Shown here piece after piece: positions 15,945-24,642 of a DNA stretch of 61,291 nt (position 1 is its first letter; each line of letters opens with the position of its first letter). The translations under genes and the position numbers were made by a program. Source of the DNA: Candidatus Adlerbacteria bacterium. GTDB lineage: Bacteria > Patescibacteriota > Minisyncoccia > Phycocordibacterales > SBAW01. The notes under the pieces were generated by a model. It was not told the origin of the DNA. It did not search any database and was given only the letters and a program-made list of their open reading frames with translations. The stretch spans positions 1 through 61,291 of the forward strand of contig JAQBRA010000003.1 in NCBI GenBank assembly GCA_028286685.1. The letters are read 5' to 3'.

Positions 15945-16637
15945 TTAATCCGTGCGGCCTTTTTCTTTTAGCAGTTGCAGGTCGCGCGACCAGGCTAATC
16001 CATCATGCCACTCAAGCGGCGCAAAATTGGTTTTGTACAGCGCTTTTGTGTCATACACCGTACCCAGGTAGTAATGCTCGAACCCTGCAGCTGCTGCGTC
16101 GCGGATACAATCAAGCATCATCCACAGTCCCAAAGACTGCTGTGCCAGGGACAGGTCGTAGGCGGAAAACCAGTAGTGCCGCATGCGGCCGCTCTGCGCC
16201 TCTAGCGCGTACCCGACGACTTTCATGCCTTGCCTATATTCGACTATAGTCGACACGACTCCCGGCTGCATCCAAAGCTCGATGCGTGCACGCGGGGCGA
16301 CATTGGGCCCGTGCCGCTGCGCAAAGTAGGCGGTCATAAATGCATAAAACCCCTCGTCGGCATCAAAGTCGCTAAGCGGTATGCGCCGCTTTTGAAACTG
16401 CCCGTCAAATTTCTTTGCAATGCGGCGGTTCTCGCTGTTCGGGCTAAACTCCGGCAGCGCAACCCGCGCGCTGCGCGTACTATAAAAAATACCCTGCAAT
16501 CCGCGTGTAGAGGAATAGGGGAGATATCCCTGCTCGTATAGCTCTTCTAGATTTTCTTCGTCGCGTTCAATGTAGCGCGTCTCTGGCCGGTCAATGTAGG
16601 AGTCAAAGTCAGGTGTAGGTGCTGCAGCGGTTCTCAT
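15945..16637 (-). CDS. Aminoacyl-tRNA-protein transferase-like protein (ATE/Bpt family, ATE_C-type; Cys motifs of ATE_N absent)
   Basis: The C-terminal pattern SLGLWMMLDCIRDAAAAGFEHYYLGTVYDTKALYKTNFAPLEWHDG..W parallels the Bpt/ATE1 C-domain. SPNSENRRIAKKF parallels the PS.SQRR block. Last gene of the mpl operon. Confidence 0.65.
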   Translation of the reverse strand: MRTAAAPTPDFDSYIDRPETRYIERDEENLEELYEQGYLPYSSTRGLQGIFYSTRSARVALPEFSPNSENRRIAKKFDGQFQKRRIPLSDFDADEGFYAFMTAYFAQRHGPNVAPRARIELWMQPGVVSTIVEYRQGMKVVGYALEAQSGRMRHYWFSAYDLSLAQQSLGLWMMLDCIRDAAAAGFEHYYLGTVYDTKALYKTNFAPLEWHDGLAWSRDLQLLKEKGRTD

Positions 16638-16639
16638 AT

Positions 16640-17539
16640 TTATTGTCCCAATTCAAACAATCCTACTCCTAAGGCAATCATTACTATGGCTGCTACTTGT
16701 ATGGCGTTCACCTCGGTCTTTTTTTGGGGGAATAGGAGAAAAAGTCCGAGCAGGAATACGCTTTGCGCGCCGCTTATGGAACTTGCATATGCTGCGACAG
16801 GCGCTAAGGCGATAGCAAAGTTTAGCAGCACAAACGACGCTTGGGACAATGACTCATTTACCACGCTAAATCCTAAAAACATCCTGCCTTGATGCTTAAT
16901 GCGATACATAAGTCCTTCGCGATATTGTCGTACGGCGATTAAGAGTATCAAGCCGAGTATCGTGACTCCAGCGTACTGCCAAAATGAGACCGCTCCGACA
17001 TTGTGCGTCATGTCTGATGCTGTGCGCACCATGTACTGGCAAATACTCCACACTAGAGTTACTCCTGCAAGTACGCCGAGAAGTCTAGAGGGTATGCTCC
17101 ACTCAAATTTGCCTACATCAAGCAGGTATGCGCCAACGATAAGCAGTGCTATTCCGGCAACGCCGAGCAGGGTAATATCCTGCCCGGTTGCAACTGCAAC
17201 CATGAGGAGCCATATGGAGGTAAGTTGAAAGAGCGGTACGACCTGGTAGACCGGGTACGTATTGAGCAGGTAAAAGTACGCCGTCCACATAAAAACCATG
17301 GGTATTGCCGAGAGAAGGGAGATTGTCAAAGGGAGTGCCTCCATATGCACGTCACCGACAACAAGCTTGAGAACGCAAACGCCTATGACGCTCAATAGTG
17401 TGGATATGAGTATGAGTCCGCCAATACGCTTATGGATATTGGAGTCCGACGATACCGAGTTGTGCTGCGTCAAATACTCGTCCAGGTAATTGACGAGAGC
17501 GAGGAGAAACACGCCCCCAAGTGCTGATAAAAGCCACAT
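16640..17539 (-). CDS. DMT/EamA-like 10-TM permease
   Basis: 299 aa with two 5-TM halves, each ending in a Gly-rich helix (GVAGIALLIVGAYLL; AAIVMIALGVGLFEL). Lies 3 nt from both neighbours. GC is lower than the flanks by eye. Confidence 0.6.
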   Translation of the reverse strand: MWLLSALGGVFLLALVNYLDEYLTQHNSVSSDSNIHKRIGGLILISTLLSVIGVCVLKLVVGDVHMEALPLTISLLSAIPMVFMWTAYFYLLNTYPVYQVVPLFQLTSIWLLMVAVATGQDITLLGVAGIALLIVGAYLLDVGKFEWSIPSRLLGVLAGVTLVWSICQYMVRTASDMTHNVGAVSFWQYAGVTILGLILLIAVRQYREGLMYRIKHQGRMFLGFSVVNESLSQASFVLLNFAIALAPVAAYASSISGAQSVFLLGLFLLFPQKKTEVNAIQVAAIVMIALGVGLFELGQ

Positions 17540-17542
17540 ATA

Positions 17543-18967
17543 TTAATTAAGCGGAAACTTTTCCTCTACCGCAGGCGGGAGCGATTTGATAAGCCCGCCC
17601 AGCTCGCCCGAGGTCAGCAGCAGGATTGCGTCCTGCTCGGCAGTGTCAGCCAAAATAGTTTGCAAGTCCTCGGCGCTGTGTATCGCCACTGTGTCCATGC
17701 CCGCGGCGCGCACGCGCTCAACGATCTCATCCTGCGTCAGCTGCGCATGGGTTGTGGCTCCCTGAGCCGCCGGCTCGTATATATAGACGCGGTCAGCGCC
17801 GTCAAAGACGGTATCGTACTGCGCAAGCGCAGCTTTGTTGCGCCAGGTAAAGGTATGCGGCTCAAACACCACAACCAGGCGCCGGGCAGGGAAGTGCAAT
17901 CGCATGGCCGCAATGGCAGATAGTGCTTTCTCGTGGCTACTGCCGAATCCTTCCAAGACCGGCACCAATGACCGGGGTGAGAGGAGCTCCATGCGGCGCT
18001 TTACACCCTCAAAGCTTGCCACTCCGGCCGCTAGCTCCTCCGGCGTCAATAAATGCTTCTCCAGCAAGAGTGCGCTAATACCCACGATATTCTCGACATT
18101 GTGCGCGCCCAGCTGGGTGGTCGAAAGGGTCGCGACTTTCTTTCCTTGATGCATCAAGTCAAAGGTCGTCGGCAGGCCGTAAGCGATATTGGCCGCATGC
18201 CACTCGTTGCGTTCATGCAAACCGTACTGCACCTTTTTGCCGGCAAAATCCTCGGCCAGCTTGCGCGCGAAGGGCTCGTCATTTACCACCAGCACGCCGT
18301 CTTGGGGCAGCATGCCCATAAGCGCGCGGAAGGGCTTTAAATAATCCTCGTGGGTAGGGTAGACGTTGACGTGGTCGTGCGTCGCCGCGGTCAGCAAGAC
18401 GTTGCGCGGGTTGTAGTGCAAAAATTTGGACCGGTCGTCCCAGTTGGCCGAGGGGTACTCGTCGCCCTCAAGCACGAACGCCGCTCCTTGCCCCAAGTGC
18501 GCATGCGCCGCAAAGCCCCGGGCAATCTCGCCCACAAAGTAGCTCGGGTCCTTGCCGGCATGCATCAGGCACCAGCTCAGGAGTGCCGTGCAGGTCGACT
18601 TGCCATAGCTTCCGGCGACGACCAGCGTTTCCTTACCGCTCGAGAGCTCTTCCAAAATATCGGCAAATGATTTGATGGGCAGGCCCGAATCAAAAGCCGC
18701 CTTAACCTCCTCGTTGCTCTCCGGGACCAGCTTGGCGTTCTTGCCGATTACTATAAGTGTTGCATCTGTGGGGATGTTTTCTTTTTTGTAGCCATGGGCA
18801 AACGCAATGCCCGCCTGCTCCAGGTAGTCAGACACCGGCGGATAAAAGCCCTCATCCGAGCCGCTGATCTCCCAGCCCGCTTCGCGCAACAGCAAGGCTA
18901 CGGCCGACATGCCCTTTCCGGCGATACCTATAAAATGCGCTTTTTTCGATGCCATACGGGCTATCAT
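17543..18967 (-). CDS. mpl: UDP-N-acetylmuramate:L-Ala-gamma-D-Glu-meso-DAP ligase (Mpl-type Mur ligase)
   Basis: HFIGIAGKGMSAVALLLREAGWEISGSDEGFYPPVSDYL and EGDEYPSANWDDRSKFLHYNPR match my recollection of E. coli Mpl (ANVYPPMSTLL; EADEYDCAFFDKRSKFVHYCPR) better than MurC. Confidence 0.85.
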   Translation of the reverse strand: MIARMASKKAHFIGIAGKGMSAVALLLREAGWEISGSDEGFYPPVSDYLEQAGIAFAHGYKKENIPTDATLIVIGKNAKLVPESNEEVKAAFDSGLPIKSFADILEELSSGKETLVVAGSYGKSTCTALLSWCLMHAGKDPSYFVGEIARGFAAHAHLGQGAAFVLEGDEYPSANWDDRSKFLHYNPRNVLLTAATHDHVNVYPTHEDYLKPFRALMGMLPQDGVLVVNDEPFARKLAEDFAGKKVQYGLHERNEWHAANIAYGLPTTFDLMHQGKKVATLSTTQLGAHNVENIVGISALLLEKHLLTPEELAAGVASFEGVKRRMELLSPRSLVPVLEGFGSSHEKALSAIAAMRLHFPARRLVVVFEPHTFTWRNKAALAQYDTVFDGADRVYIYEPAAQGATTHAQLTQDEIVERVRAAGMDTVAIHSAEDLQTILADTAEQDAILLLTSGELGGLIKSLPPAVEEKFPLN

Positions 18968-19027
18968 AACAGAGCGTATCTACTATGGTATGCTGTCGCC
19001 AGACCATCCTAACCGGGGAGAGTTCTC

Positions 19028-19297
19028 ATGAGTGACGCTGATCGCTTAAGGCAGTGCAACTCCAGTGGCGCCTTTGCTGCTTTTCTCAAAGAGCCCGGCG
19101 ACGCTCCCATGAGGGAGATCATCGCCAAAGCCGTAAGTCTGAGGGCAAACGGCGATGCAATGCGGATTGCTGCCGGCCTAAGCCAGGACGAGTTCGATCG
19201 GATACGCTCTGGCCAGCTCGAACCTGAGCCCGATCGAAGGAAAGAAATAATCGAGACCTGGCTTGCGCAAAAGCTTTTTGCCCAGGCTGCAGCCTAA
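19028..19297 (+). CDS. Hypothetical small protein (89 aa)
   Basis: GGGGAGAG (19015-19022) lies 5 nt upstream of the ATG, and a terminator hairpin lies downstream. No family I recognise. Confidence 0.4.
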   Translation: MSDADRLRQCNSSGAFAAFLKEPGDAPMREIIAKAVSLRANGDAMRIAAGLSQDEFDRIRSGQLEPEPDRRKEIIETWLAQKLFAQAAA

Positions 19298-19310
19298 GCA
19301 TCAGAGCGAA

Positions 19311-19341
19311 AGAGCTTCCGATAATCCGGAAGCTCTTTTTA
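19311..19341. terminator. Bidirectional hairpin terminator
   Basis: AGAGCTTCCG-ATAATC-CGGAAGCTCT plus a T-tract. It overlaps the murA stop codon. Confidence 0.7.
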
Positions 19342-20619
19342 TATTCCAACCCGCTCGATCTGCATCCCGATTGCGCGCAGGCGCTCGGCGATATTCTCGT
19401 ATCCGCGGTCTATGTGGTGGATGTTGCTGATTTCTGAGGTGCCGTCGGCTACGGCGGCGGCCACCAGGTAAGCCAAGCCCGCGCGTATATCCGGGCTCTC
19501 CATTTTCTTTCCCACCAGCCGGCGGGCTCCGTGTATCAGCACGCGGTGCGGGTCCATGGTCACAATATCAGCACCCATCACCCGCAATACCTCGACAAAC
19601 GCCAGGCGGTTGTCCCAAATAGTCTCAAATACGCGGCTCTCGCCTGTAACCTGGGTCAAAAGGGTAACCATAGGCGCCATGAGGTCGGTAGGGTAGCCCG
19701 GATATTCGTGCGTCTTTATATAGGCAGGGCGCAGCGCAGGGGTTGCCCTCACGCGCAAAAAATCAGGACCAGCTTCAATATCAGCGCCCATGGTGCGCAG
19801 CGTATGCAGCACGGCCTCCAGGTGCCCGGGCACGCACTGCTCAATCAGCAAATCTTTTGCGGCAAGTACGCCCAGCAGCAAAAAGCTGCCGGCTTCAATC
19901 CGGTCGGGTACGACCGCAAAGGGTTCTGCTGGCGCACGCAGCAATTCCTCTGTGCCGACAATAGTTATGGTCGGCGTGCCCGCGCCCGAAATCTGCGCGC
20001 CCGAGGCGTTAAGCAGGTCGGCAAGCCACACGATCTCGGGCTCTAAGGCCGCATTCTTTATAGTCGTGGTGCCGTCGGCCAGGACGGCAGCAAGCATTGC
20101 GGTCTCTGTCCCGGTTACCGACTGGATCCTAAAAAACAGCTCGGCGCCCTTCAGTCGTCCGCCGGGCACGCGCACGCCGTAGCTGCCGTCTTCTTTAACT
20201 ACCTTGGCGCCCATTTTTTCAAACGTCTCCAAAAACAAATCAATGGGCCGCTCGCCGATAATGTCGCCGCCCGGGTGGCTAAACAGCACTTCGCCGAAGC
20301 GCGCAAGCAAGGGTCCGGCCAAAACGATAGAGGCGCGCAGGGTGCTCATCATGGCGGCCGGTATGTGCGAGCCGCTCATGCCGCTCGTTGTCATATTTAA
20401 GGCGTCGCCGCTGCGGCTGGTGTTGCCGCCCAAAGCCTCCAGTATCTGCGCCATGCTCGCCACGTCGGCTATCGCCGGAACGTTGGTAAGCGCCAGCGGC
20501 GTGCGGTACAGCACGGAAGCGGCCATGGCCTTTAGTACCGCATTCTTAGCGCCCGCGGTCCGTATTGAGCCCTCAAGCGTGGGGGCGGCCGAGCCCGTAA
20601 TGCGGAATAGTTCTTGCAT
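19339..20619 (-). CDS. murA: UDP-N-acetylglucosamine 1-carboxyvinyltransferase
   Basis: 426 aa with typical motifs GAKNAVLKAMAASVL and the YPGYPTDLMAP block. Confidence 0.93.
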   Translation of the reverse strand: MQELFRITGSAAPTLEGSIRTAGAKNAVLKAMAASVLYRTPLALTNVPAIADVASMAQILEALGGNTSRSGDALNMTTSGMSGSHIPAAMMSTLRASIVLAGPLLARFGEVLFSHPGGDIIGERPIDLFLETFEKMGAKVVKEDGSYGVRVPGGRLKGAELFFRIQSVTGTETAMLAAVLADGTTTIKNAALEPEIVWLADLLNASGAQISGAGTPTITIVGTEELLRAPAEPFAVVPDRIEAGSFLLLGVLAAKDLLIEQCVPGHLEAVLHTLRTMGADIEAGPDFLRVRATPALRPAYIKTHEYPGYPTDLMAPMVTLLTQVTGESRVFETIWDNRLAFVEVLRVMGADIVTMDPHRVLIHGARRLVGKKMESPDIRAGLAYLVAAAVADGTSEISNIHHIDRGYENIAERLRAIGMQIERVGI

Positions 20620-20648
20620 GCAAAGGCAGTATAACGCACTCTACTTAT

Positions 20649-21566
20649 ATGGATCTACGCGCCAAAGTCGCCCTTGCGCCCTATACGACGTTTGCCTTAG
20701 GCGGGCCGGCCGCGCTCTTTTTGGAGGCACAGGCGCCGGGGGATATAAAGGAGGCGTACGCGCTGGCAAAACAGAAGGGCTTACCGGTGGTGGTGCTCGG
20801 CGGCGGGAGCAACGTGGTCGTGCCCGACGAGGGCCTTAATGCACTGGTGCTGCGCATTACAACTCAAGGCATAGGGCGCGAGGGCAGCACGCTGCGCTGC
20901 GCCGCAGGCGAGCCGCTTCTGGGGTTAGTTAAGTACGCGGCCGGGCAAGGCTTGGGCGGTCTTGAGCCGCTGGCGGGCATACCGGGTACGGTCGGCGGCG
21001 CGGTGCGTGGCAATGCAGGCGCCTTCGGCGTAGAAATTAAAGATGTATTAGTCTCGGCCCGCGCGCTTGATACGGAAACCGGCGAGGAAAAAGTATTTGC
21101 CAAAAGCGAGTGCGATTTTAGCTACCGCTCCAGCTTCTTCAAGCGGCACCCGCAGCTTATCGTGCTCGAGGCCGAGCTTGCGCTTGCGCCCGCCGACCCG
21201 ATGCAGGCGGACGCCAAAATAATGCACACGCTCGCCGAGCGCCATAAGCGCCATATCCAAGATATAAGATCGGCCGGCTCGTTCTTTAAAAATCCGGTCG
21301 TCTCTGTCGATCTTCAAAAATTGTTTAAGCAAGACAAAAGCCAAGAGTCCAAAGAGGGCAGGGTGCCGGCGGGCTGGCTTATGGATCGCGCGGGCCTGCG
21401 CGGTGCGCGCGTGGGAGGGGCCGTGGCAAGCGAATATCACACCAACTACTTCTTAAACGCCGGGGACGCCACTGCCGCTCAAGTGAAAGAGCTGGCCGCG
21501 CTGGCTAAAGAAAAAGTCTTCAAAGAGTTCGGCGTTACGCTCGAAGAGGAAGCGGTGATTTTATAA
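20649..21566 (+). CDS. murB: UDP-N-acetylenolpyruvoylglucosamine reductase
   Basis: FAD-binding N-domain (LGGGSNVVVPDEG, GIPGTVGGAVRGNAGAFG) and MurB C-domain (GSFFKNP, AGWLMDRAGL). Confidence 0.9.
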   Translation: MDLRAKVALAPYTTFALGGPAALFLEAQAPGDIKEAYALAKQKGLPVVVLGGGSNVVVPDEGLNALVLRITTQGIGREGSTLRCAAGEPLLGLVKYAAGQGLGGLEPLAGIPGTVGGAVRGNAGAFGVEIKDVLVSARALDTETGEEKVFAKSECDFSYRSSFFKRHPQLIVLEAELALAPADPMQADAKIMHTLAERHKRHIQDIRSAGSFFKNPVVSVDLQKLFKQDKSQESKEGRVPAGWLMDRAGLRGARVGGAVASEYHTNYFLNAGDATAAQVKELAALAKEKVFKEFGVTLEEEAVIL

Positions 21567-21572
21567 AAAATA

Positions 21573-21596
21573 CCCCTCGCCAAAGCGGGCGAGGGG
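21573..21596 (-). terminator. Hairpin terminator for the minus-strand gene 21604..22461
   Basis: CCCCTCGCC / GGCGAGGGG stem. The T-tract is present only on the minus strand (complement of AAAAAATA at 21565-21572). Confidence 0.6.
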
Positions 21597-21603
21597 GTCG
21601 TTG

Positions 21604-22461
21604 TCAGGTGTGCCGCACGATTGCCGCCAAGTAGCGGCCGCCGCCGTTGCGCGTGGTGGGCAGTTCGTCCGCCAAGTAGGCATGCTCGAGGTTTATCTGC
21701 TCGCTGGGCACCCCCAGCTCGGCAAACTGCGCTTTGATGATGGTAGGAACATTGATGTATATTCCTTTCTCGTCGACCCAGCCGCATGCGTCGCCATACT
21801 CTTGCGGCAACATATCTGCCGCCGGCACGTTGTACTTCAGGTGCTCGGGGTCCTCGTCGGCAAGCTTATGGAGAAAGTCCTTCGGCTTGATCGAATAAAA
21901 GACCCAGACCCGCAGGTGCCGGCGCAGGTACTGCGCCGGCGCAAGCGCGCTGACGATGCTGTTGACCACGCTCTCGTGGTGCCGCCCTCGCTTGTGGTTG
22001 CGCGTCTTGATGCGCTCCCGGTCGATGACGCAATCGCGTCCCGCGTGCGCAAATATCATTTCATGGCGCAGCGTTACGGCGATCATACTGCAGCCTCCGG
22101 CACTGAAGATGCCGGCGGTTTTCGGGCCGGGGAGCCAAGTGCCGTCCGCAGGCGCTTGCGCGTTGCGATAAAGCACGGACTTCCAGAGCGGGATCGTTTC
22201 CCCCATTGCGATAGGGTAGATGATCTTGCCGTTGAACTTCACCGGGCTCGGGGCGTACGCGTACTGTGCACCAAGCCCATGAAGCGCTTGGCCGACGCGC
22301 ATAGCTAAGTCGGGGTTCTTGTCCTCGTCGCCCGCCTTCTGCAGCGGGGCCAGGGACCAGTTGCGGCCTTCAAAGCATGCCGCAGAAAAGGTCGGCCCTC
22401 CCGGTACGGCAATCTTATTGCGTACCAGGGGCTTTACTTCCTCCAGTAAATCTAAGGCCAT
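21604..22461 (-). CDS. Hypothetical protein with distant YfiH/PgeF (DUF152, Cu-oxidase_4 fold)-like motif order
   Basis: ATG 22461 is preceded by AAGGAGGAGG (complement of 22465-22474). The motif order SAGGCSMIAV...IFAHAGRDC...YSIKP...LGVPSEQI...TTRNGGGRYLAAIV parallels TADC...HAGWRG...GP.I...GV...RR..GR of YfiH. The family assignment is low confidence. Confidence 0.55.
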   Translation of the reverse strand: MALDLLEEVKPLVRNKIAVPGGPTFSAACFEGRNWSLAPLQKAGDEDKNPDLAMRVGQALHGLGAQYAYAPSPVKFNGKIIYPIAMGETIPLWKSVLYRNAQAPADGTWLPGPKTAGIFSAGGCSMIAVTLRHEMIFAHAGRDCVIDRERIKTRNHKRGRHHESVVNSIVSALAPAQYLRRHLRVWVFYSIKPKDFLHKLADEDPEHLKYNVPAADMLPQEYGDACGWVDEKGIYINVPTIIKAQFAELGVPSEQINLEHAYLADELPTTRNGGGRYLAAIVRHT

Positions 22462-22544
22462 GGCCTCCTCCTTGGGTGAACGGTATCTAAAAATAAAATA
22501 ACATACTTTACGAGTTATGTAAAATGCGTTACTATGCAATTCTT

Positions 22545-23222
22545 ATGACCCGCCTCTCCATTGTGGCCACCCCCATAGGCAATCTCGAGGATATTACCCT
22601 GCGCGCTCTGCGTATTCTTAAGGAGGCCGACATTGTTGCGTGCGAGGACACCCGCGTTACCAAAAAGCTCCTGTCGCATTTTGATATCCATGTGCCGACC
22701 GTTTCATTCCATGCCAATTCGGGCCAATCAGGTTTCGACAAGATCATAAAGCTCCTGGAGGAGGGGAAGAATGTCGCGCTTGTTTCAGACGCAGGGACGC
22801 CCGGGGTGTCAGACCCGGGACTCGAGCTGGTATCCCAAGTGCGCGAGAAGCTGCCCGACATAAAGATAGAAACCATACCGGGCGCCTCATCGCTTACGGC
22901 GGCGCTTGCGGTCGCGGGCCTGCGCGTCCCCTCGTTCGTTTTTTACGGATTCTTGCCGCAAAAGAAGGGCCGCGAGACTTTGTTTAAGGAAATTGCAGGT
23001 AGTGAGCGCGCCAGCATATTTCTGGAGTCGCCGCACCGGATTATGAAGGCGCTTGAGTCGCTCAACAAAGCGTGCCCCGAGCGCCGCATAGGCCTCTTCC
23101 GCGAGCTGACCAAGATGTTTGAGGAGCATTTGATCGGCACGCCGGCTGAATTGCTCATAAAAATGGAGCAAGACCCCAACCATCAGCGCGGCGAATTTGT
23201 CGTAATAGTAGAGGGGGAGTAG
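22545..23222 (+). CDS. rsmI: 16S rRNA (cytidine1402-2'-O)-methyltransferase
   Basis: LSIVATPIGNLEDITLRALRILKEADIVACEDTR and DAGTPGVSDPG are typical RsmI/tetrapyrrole-methylase-fold motifs. Confidence 0.9.
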   Translation: MTRLSIVATPIGNLEDITLRALRILKEADIVACEDTRVTKKLLSHFDIHVPTVSFHANSGQSGFDKIIKLLEEGKNVALVSDAGTPGVSDPGLELVSQVREKLPDIKIETIPGASSLTAALAVAGLRVPSFVFYGFLPQKKGRETLFKEIAGSERASIFLESPHRIMKALESLNKACPERRIGLFRELTKMFEEHLIGTPAELLIKMEQDPNHQRGEFVVIVEGE

Positions 23223-23231
23223 TATAAGAGC

Positions 23232-23477
23232 ATGTCCAAAGAGATGCTTGTCATCGCGCTCGGCGTTCTCGTCGTCATTACGCCATACCTCGGCATACCA
23301 GGCTCCTGGAAGACCGTCCTCCTTATTGTTGCTGGCGTCGCCATAGCGGGCGCGGGCTTCCTGCTGCGCGGCGAGTCGCTGGCGCGCGGGGCGGGCCGCG
23401 GAGAGCGCGACCATTTTGTTGAAAATACCTCAGCCTCCTCATCCACTCGCGACCATGGCATCAGTTCGCTCAACTAA
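23232..23477 (+). CDS. Hypothetical small membrane protein (81 aa)
   Basis: Two hydrophobic helices. TAGTAT (23220-23225) lies 6 nt upstream of the ATG. Confidence 0.4.
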   Translation: MSKEMLVIALGVLVVITPYLGIPGSWKTVLLIVAGVAIAGAGFLLRGESLARGAGRGERDHFVENTSASSSTRDHGISSLN

Positions 23478-24576
23478 CTCCGGCCGCCGCTTCGGCCTCC
23501 ACGCGCTCGCGGTGCTGCTCGGCATAGGGTTTGTCATCGGTGCCGCCTATTTCTTTCTCCCGGCAGTCACGTCCGTTTCCTACACCGTAGGCGAAGCAAG
23601 CAGCACTCCCGCAACCGTTAAACCCAAGCCCAAGGTAGTGCTCGACAAGCAGGACTACGACCGCCGCCTGCTCGCCTTGGCTAAGGTCGCCACCTCCAGC
23701 CCCTGGTACGCCGCATTTTTAAATAATACCAAGGCCTCTACGACCGAGGCCAAGCCCCTGTGGCCCATCCGCACCGCCTACCCGAAAGAGGGCGCGATAC
23801 TGCCGTTCAAGCGCATCGTGGCCTACTACGGCAATTTTTATTCCACGAAAATGGGGATACTCGGCGAGTACGAAAAAGCAGAGGTGCTTTCGCGCCTTCG
23901 GGCCGAGGTTGCCGCGTGGGAGGCCGCCGACCCGACAACGCCCGTTGTGCCGGCTATCGAGTACATAGATGTTACCGCGCAGGGAGCGCCGGGCAAAGAC
24001 GGCAAGTACCGACTGCGCATGCCCGACACCCAAGTAGATAAGGCAATTGAATACGCCAAAGAAATAAACGGCATCGTCATACTCGATATACAGGTGGGTC
24101 TTTCTTCCGTGCAGGAAGAGGTTCCGCTGCTCGATAAGTACTGGGCTATGCCGCAGGTGCACCTGGCAATTGATCCGGAGTTCGACATGCAGGGCACTAA
24201 CAAGCCGGGCGACGTTATCGGCACCACCGACGCGGCAACTATCAACTGGGCTATAGAGTACCTGGCCAAGTTCGTGCGCGAGCACGACTTGCCGCCCAAG
24301 ATTCTCCTGTTGCACCGCTTTACCCAGAAGATGATTACGGACTACCAGGACATCAAGCCATTGCCCGAGGTGCAGGTCATTATGCAGATGGACGGATGGG
24401 GCTCGCCGGCGCGCAAAAAGAATACGTACTACCAGGTGGTGGAGCCCGAACCGGTGCAATTTACGGGCATAAAATTGTTCTACAAAAACGACCTCAAGGA
24501 AGAGCCGCCGCGCTTGCTTACGAAAGAAGAGGTCCTCAAGCTCAACCCGGCCCCCGTATTCATCCAGTACCAGTAG
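23455..24576 (+). CDS. Hypothetical membrane-anchored extracytoplasmic protein
   Basis: N-terminal anchor LHALAVLLGIGFVIGAAYFFL followed by a ~330-aa globular domain with no family I recognise. The start is chosen at ATG 23455. Confidence 0.6.
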   Translation: MASVRSTNSGRRFGLHALAVLLGIGFVIGAAYFFLPAVTSVSYTVGEASSTPATVKPKPKVVLDKQDYDRRLLALAKVATSSPWYAAFLNNTKASTTEAKPLWPIRTAYPKEGAILPFKRIVAYYGNFYSTKMGILGEYEKAEVLSRLRAEVAAWEAADPTTPVVPAIEYIDVTAQGAPGKDGKYRLRMPDTQVDKAIEYAKEINGIVILDIQVGLSSVQEEVPLLDKYWAMPQVHLAIDPEFDMQGTNKPGDVIGTTDAATINWAIEYLAKFVREHDLPPKILLLHRFTQKMITDYQDIKPLPEVQVIMQMDGWGSPARKKNTYYQVVEPEPVQFTGIKLFYKNDLKEEPPRLLTKEEVLKLNPAPVFIQYQ

Positions 24577-24642
24577 GTACGTAGCTAATTACGTAATTAA
24601 GTCAGTATCCGGCCTAATAAAAACAAACGGTACAATAGGGCC

